This document shows, piece by piece, positions 16,106-20,000 of a stretch of DNA of 20,000 nucleotides. The position numbers and the translations under genes were made by a program. Position 1 is the stretch's first letter; every line of letters begins with the position of its first letter. Origin of the DNA: an uncultured virus (IMG/VR IMGVR_UViG_3300031646_000001) (lineage: Duplodnaviria > Heunggongvirae > Uroviricota > Caudoviricetes); the IMG/VR virus record IMGVR_UViG_3300031646_000001. One strand, 5' to 3'. The notes below the pieces were generated by a model. The model was not told the origin of the DNA. It did not search any database and saw only the letters and a list, made by a program, of their open reading frames with translations.

Positions 16106-17579
16106 GTTTATATTTTTAATTGAAAAAGGCTTATCACATGGTGATCTTGCTAAAAGATATGGAGAGTATCTTGATCAATTAATTACGTTTATTAATAACG
16201 GCGAGGAAGTTGAATTAGAAGGCGCCTCATGGAAGAAATATGGTAATTTTGTAACATTTGAGAAAGAAGACGCAAAAAAACTTGCTCAAGTATATTATGG
16301 CCAAGATGAGATACCAACGGACAAAACCAACGTGGAAGTGACCGATGCAGGACCTGATCGAATTGTTCCTGTCGGCAACTATAAAACTTTAAGATTAACC
16401 ATTCAAGGTACTAAAGATACAGTGCCGGTGGGTCATGTACATAAATCGGATAAATTTAAATCCGGTAAAGGATTTAATGCAGGTGATGTCGGCGAAGCAT
16501 TTTTAGGTGCCGCGGCAACTGCTAAATTTAGATCACCTAATGTTGATATTACCGAAGAGGATATTATAAACGTTCTTAAATCGATGACGATTACCGAAGC
16601 CGCAAAAACTTTACAGGGCGAAGTTTGGACCGAGGTTAATCTCGGCCCTAATAACATTCCGAATTCTGACGCCGATGAGTTATACTTTAAATTAGTTTTG
16701 AATAGATCGGGTTTTACAGCAATTCAAAAAGCAATCAAATCAGGCACCTGGCATCCTAAAATGGCTGGATTGAATAGATCAGCAGTCATGTGGGCAAATA
16801 CTAATCAAACTGTTACAAACGCAGTTAAAACAATAATTGAAAATGGCAAAAAAAATATGGTAAAAGTTACATCAGATGGTACAATGGATCAAAAAGGCAC
16901 TAAAGCAGATTTATTTTTAACTGTTGATGATATAACAATTAGTTTATTAAGTGCTAAAACAGGTGATGTAAAACAGTTTGGCCAAGTTAGTGGAGATACA
17001 TTTGAGGTTTTTCAAGAATATTTTAACAAGATTCTTGGAGTAGATATACCCGATACTTGGATTGACCAGTTAGAGGGAGTCGGCCGAAAAGAGAGTTTCG
17101 AGATTTTACAGAAAATATATGAAAAAGTATTTACTGAGTTAAAAGCCGAACTTGCAGGTAATACAAAGAAAGAAGTTACATTTTTAGACAGACTTTATTC
17201 AGGTATTAAGCATTTCGCCACAAACAACGACCCAAACGTTAGCATGGTTATTTTAAAAACTACACCAAACGCACCCGGATATAAAGAATTATTCTTTGGT
17301 CCAGAGTTACATGAAGCAATGAAACAGTTTGATTTAAAGATAGATTATCAAGCAACCCCTCCAGTAATTAAAATCTTTGGCGTTCCGGTAGGATCGGATG
17401 CAAAAGAAGTATTCGCAGGCAAAGAAATGTTGGTTCAAATTAGATCGAATCTTAAACCTTCAGAAAGTTATTTAAGAAATACCATCGAAATGGGCGATCT
17501 ATTAAAACATATTGCGGATGTTAAATATAAGATTGAGCGGGACGATCCCATCACTCAAATAAACCCAACTAAACCTTAA
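16092..17579 (+). CDS. Hypothetical protein with a putative PD-(D/E)XK nuclease-like core; start revised to ATG 16092
   Basis: Leader MKASEFIFLIE. GDVGE helix, then GTKADL and LLSAK. Confidence 0.6.
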   Translation: MKASEFIFLIEKGLSHGDLAKRYGEYLDQLITFINNGEEVELEGASWKKYGNFVTFEKEDAKKLAQVYYGQDEIPTDKTNVEVTDAGPDRIVPVGNYKTLRLTIQGTKDTVPVGHVHKSDKFKSGKGFNAGDVGEAFLGAAATAKFRSPNVDITEEDIINVLKSMTITEAAKTLQGEVWTEVNLGPNNIPNSDADELYFKLVLNRSGFTAIQKAIKSGTWHPKMAGLNRSAVMWANTNQTVTNAVKTIIENGKKNMVKVTSDGTMDQKGTKADLFLTVDDITISLLSAKTGDVKQFGQVSGDTFEVFQEYFNKILGVDIPDTWIDQLEGVGRKESFEILQKIYEKVFTELKAELAGNTKKEVTFLDRLYSGIKHFATNNDPNVSMVILKTTPNAPGYKELFFGPELHEAMKQFDLKIDYQATPPVIKIFGVPVGSDAKEVFAGKEMLVQIRSNLKPSESYLRNTIEMGDLLKHIADVKYKIERDDPITQINPTKP

Positions 17580-17590
17580 ATCTCCAATCA

Positions 17591-17598
17591 TATAAATA
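17591..17598 (+). promoter_or_regulatory. Late promoter TATAAATA for the usg-terminase unit
   Basis: Perfect consensus in an intergenic position. Confidence 0.75.
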
Positions 17599-17630
17599 AA
17601 TTACAGTTGTATTTGTCAAGGAGGGTTCTT

Positions 17631-17891
17631 ATGCTTTTAAAGGAGTATCGTCTAACTACAATGTCAGTGTATTATTGGATGCCTGACTATAATCATATAC
17701 TGCAACAATTTATATGGCAGTACATGGATGTTCCACCTGCTTTTGCTCGATCATATCGTTTTTTAGATTTTTGGAAAGAAAATATAGAAGCAGTAATTGA
17801 AGAAGTAACAATCGCACATGGCGATCACAATCCATGGGATCTACAGGTTACTAATGATTACCGTGTTGTGGATTTTGAGAAGAAATTTTAA
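17631..17891 (+). CDS. usg: Usg-family protein; start revised to ATG 17631
   Basis: AAGGAGG RBS. The pattern Y.LTT..V.Y.MPD...ILQ.FIWQ..D..P.F.....FLDFW...IE..I..V.IAH matches the Usg family. Confidence 0.82.
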   Translation: MLLKEYRLTTMSVYYWMPDYNHILQQFIWQYMDVPPAFARSYRFLDFWKENIEAVIEEVTIAHGDHNPWDLQVTNDYRVVDFEKKF

Positions 17892-17899
17892 AGGATAAC

Positions 17900-19495
17900 A
17901 TGCCACAAGGTACAGACAGTAAATTAATTAAATCTGCTCATAAGTCGATAAAGTATACTAAAGAAGAAATAACACATTTAAAAGAATGTATGGACAAGAC
18001 AACGGGTCCTTTATACTTTATGAGTAATTTTATGTATATACAGCATCCGGTTCGCGGAAGGCTATTATTTGACCCATATGATTATCAGGTAGAATTGGTA
18101 GACAATTATCATGAGAATAGATTTAGTATTAATATGTGTGGACGACAGATGGGTAAAACTACTGTTGCCGCAGGCTATTTGTTGTGGTATGCAATGTTCA
18201 TTCCAGACAGTACAATATTAATTGCCGCACACAAATATCAAGGTTCTGCTGAAATTATGCAACGTGTGCGTTATGCTTATGAGAGCGTACCGGATTTTAT
18301 TCGGCCTGGTGTGACTAACTACAATAGAAATAGTATAGATTTTGATAATGGGTCGAGAATACAATCATCAACAACTACAGATAATACTGGACGCGGTATG
18401 TCCTTGTCACTTATTTACTGTGACGAGTTTGCATTTGTGCAACCAAGAGTAGCACAAGAGTTCTGGACTTCCTTATCTCCAACATTAGCAACAGGTGGTA
18501 AATGTATTATTACATCTACACCTAATAGTGATGATGATCAATTTGCATCAATTTGGCGAGAAGCAAATAATACAATTGATGAACACGGCGACCATCAAAA
18601 ATTAGGACGCAATGGATTCTCAGGTTTTAAAGTTACTTGGCAAGAGCACCCAGACCGTGATGACGAATGGGCAAAGGGGGAAAGATCCCGCGTTGGTGAA
18701 GAACGTTTTAGACGAGAGCATTTGTGTGAGTTTATTATTTACGATGAAACATTAATTGATCCATTAAAGTTAGTTGGTTTAAAAGGAAGAGAACCAGTAT
18801 TGAGAACTGGAGAAGTGCGTTGGTTTAAGAAACCGACGAAAGGCGGTATTTATCTTGTTGGCTTAGATCCAAGTTTGGGCACAGGCGGAAATTCAGCGGC
18901 CATTGAAGTTTATGATGGTACAACAATGGAGCAGATTGCGGAATGGCAACATAATAAGTCTCCAGTAAAACGCCAATTAAAAATTATGCAAGACATTTTA
19001 ATGTATATTGCAAAAGAAACAGATTATAAAGAAGGTACACATTTAGAAACAGAAATTTATTGGAGTGTAGAAAACAACACACTCGGTGAAGCCGCATTAA
19101 CTGTTATTGAATATACTGGGGAAGAAAATTTTCCTGGACAAATGATAAGTCAACCAAAAGCAGGAAGCGCCACCCGACGATTTAGAAAAGGCTTTACTAC
19201 TACAGCAAAGACAAAAATAGCAATGTGTTCGATGCTTAAAAATTTAGTAGAGTCTAATAAAATAAAAATATATAGTAATAATTTAGTAAGAGAATTAAAG
19301 AATTTTGTAGCACACGGATTAAAATTTCAGGCAAAATTGGGGGAATCTGATGATTTAGTAGCGGCAACGTTATTGGTACTTCGAATTAGTCATCATTTAG
19401 CAAAATATGACGACAGAATTCACGAAAGAATGGCTCAAAACGCCGCTGATGACGATACTGGCTTCGAACTGCCCCTCCCATTAGGTCTAATTTAA
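17900..19495 (+). CDS. Terminase large subunit (T4 gp17-like)
   Basis: YDYQ adenine-binding motif, GRQMGKTT Walker A, LIYCDEFAF Walker B, ITSTPN coupling motif, and nuclease motifs GLDPSLG and DDLV. Confidence 0.97.
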   Translation: MPQGTDSKLIKSAHKSIKYTKEEITHLKECMDKTTGPLYFMSNFMYIQHPVRGRLLFDPYDYQVELVDNYHENRFSINMCGRQMGKTTVAAGYLLWYAMFIPDSTILIAAHKYQGSAEIMQRVRYAYESVPDFIRPGVTNYNRNSIDFDNGSRIQSSTTTDNTGRGMSLSLIYCDEFAFVQPRVAQEFWTSLSPTLATGGKCIITSTPNSDDDQFASIWREANNTIDEHGDHQKLGRNGFSGFKVTWQEHPDRDDEWAKGERSRVGEERFRREHLCEFIIYDETLIDPLKLVGLKGREPVLRTGEVRWFKKPTKGGIYLVGLDPSLGTGGNSAAIEVYDGTTMEQIAEWQHNKSPVKRQLKIMQDILMYIAKETDYKEGTHLETEIYWSVENNTLGEAALTVIEYTGEENFPGQMISQPKAGSATRRFRKGFTTTAKTKIAMCSMLKNLVESNKIKIYSNNLVRELKNFVAHGLKFQAKLGESDDLVAATLLVLRISHHLAKYDDRIHERMAQNAADDDTGFELPLPLGLI

Positions 19496-19501
19496 TAAAT
19501 A
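19496..19501 (+). promoter_or_regulatory. Late promoter core
   Basis: AATAAATACA immediately after the terminase stop, with an ATG at 19507. Confidence 0.65.
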
Positions 19502-19506
19502 CATAT

Positions 19507-20000
19507 ATGAGTTCGAGTATAGAAAATATAGCCACCGAAGTTCGCAAGGTGATCAAAGGTACAGGCTTTCGTTTAGAAATGTTTTCTGAAAACGGAGATA
19601 AAACTCTTGACGATCGTGAAGCCAGAAGGTTCTTTTTAAAGCCTTCTAATGTTATGATTACACTTGACGAAACTTTAAAAACTATAAAATTGCACAAACC
19701 AGATTCGGTAGAATTAGATGAAATTGAGAATTTACGTAAAACGTTGCAAAGTATTGCAACTAAAAACAGATGGAATTTTGATCTACGAACGTTTGGACAT
19801 ACCTTAAAACCAAAGGATTATGTGCATCAAGCAGTTAAATCAATGAATGATGAGGAATTAGCAATGAAAAATATGGCAGAGGGAATGTCTCCGATGTCAG
19901 GAAGTAGTAAATCTAGTTATCAGTTACATGATAACAAAGTAAAATTAATCGTGAGACATACAAAATCAATTGACGAAGAAGTACGCGGTTCACGAAGCCG
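19507..20000 (+). CDS. Hypothetical late protein, 3'-truncated; missing from the ORF track
   Basis: Open frame from ATG 19507 to the window end: MSSSIENIATEVRKVIKGTGF...KLIVRHTKSIDEEVRGSRS. Confidence 0.8.
   Translation, partial: MSSSIENIATEVRKVIKGTGFRLEMFSENGDKTLDDREARRFFLKPSNVMITLDETLKTIKLHKPDSVELDEIENLRKTLQSIATKNRWNFDLRTFGHTLKPKDYVHQAVKSMNDEELAMKNMAEGMSPMSGSSKSSYQLHDNKVKLIVRHTKSIDEEVRGSRS

Noticed and set aside
17900..19495. Intron or intein in the terminase gene
   Set aside because: The ORF is continuous at 531 aa with normally spaced motifs and no splicing signatures.
260..19697. Short minus-strand ORFs in the track
   Set aside because: All are antisense to well-supported + strand genes and have no recognisable motifs.
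1..20000. Stop-codon reassignment as seen in some large phages
   Set aside because: Genes are full length in the standard code, and TAA, TAG and TGA all end genes at sensible boundaries.

Overview
This window looks like the morphogenesis region of a large T4-related (myovirus) phage genome. All supported genes lie on the + strand and read in the standard genetic code. From left to right: (1) a three-gene host-type metabolic cassette, made of the 3' part of a fused indolepyruvate:ferredoxin oxidoreductase, a VOC/glyoxalase-fold metalloenzyme and an N-terminally trimmed fumarylacetoacetate hydrolase. (2) A gp13-like neck protein, a dNMP kinase, an enlarged gp18 tail sheath, a gp19 tail tube, a tube-fold paralog, a gp4-like head completion nuclease and a candidate small terminase. 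(3) A 6.5 kb block of unknown genes. Several start with leaders resembling the T4 capsid-targeting sequence, and the block includes a collagen-like protein, a glycine-zipper/His-Asp-rich protein, a PD-(D/E)XK-like protein and a Usg-family gene. (4) The gp17 large terminase and a truncated final ORF. T4-type late promoter cores (TAAATA) precede most structural units, and three promoters appear to give leaderless mRNAs. The most interesting candidates are the aromatic amino acid catabolism cassette and the putative capsid-packaged cargo cluster. All calls come from motif recognition by eye; no database searches were run.
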